Shown here one piece after another: positions 62,939 through 64,000 of a DNA stretch of 64,000 nt (positions within the stretch are counted from its first letter, which is position 1; every line of letters begins with the position of its first letter). Under the pieces are notes generated by a model. The model did not search any database. It had not been told where the DNA came from and saw nothing but the letters and a program-made list of their open reading frames with translations. A program made the position numbers and the translations under genes. The stretch comes from the human T2T-CHM13v2.0 reference genome, Homo sapiens, in the NCBI RefSeq assembly GCF_009914755.1, contig NC_060933.1, one strand, 5' to 3'.

Positions 62939-64000
<1,062 letters not shown>

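Overview
Primate (almost certainly human) non-coding genomic DNA, AT-rich and dominated by interspersed repeats. I see no credible protein-coding exon, RNA gene or CpG island. The ORF-track hits are fragments of L1 ORF1/ORF2, Alu, LTR or mariner sequence, or chance ORFs. Main elements: a solo HERV-K(HML-2) LTR5 with a 5-bp TSD and an internal 60-bp tandem duplication (3809-4837, minus); a near full-length L1PA7-like element (18259-24684, minus) lying head-to-head with a 5'-truncated L1PA15/16-like element (24907-30056, plus); an Hsmar2 mariner fossil with a decayed transposase (59028-60551); about 11 Alus; many MaLR/ERVL/ERV1 solo LTRs; and MER DNA transposons, MIR, L2 and old L1 fragments. 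Repeat subfamilies were assigned from memory of consensus sequences, not by a search. The most interesting non-TE signals are a near-perfect OCT-SOX composite motif (31697), two strong CTCF motifs (one inside an LTR41, one with a correctly spaced upstream module), a cluster of five TAATTA sites, a ~100-bp non-TE local duplication, an ORF0-like antisense ORF in the L1PA7 and several mechanistic scars (twin priming, template switching). I cannot support a claim of a novel biological system. The best candidates are uncharacterised cis-regulatory elements.
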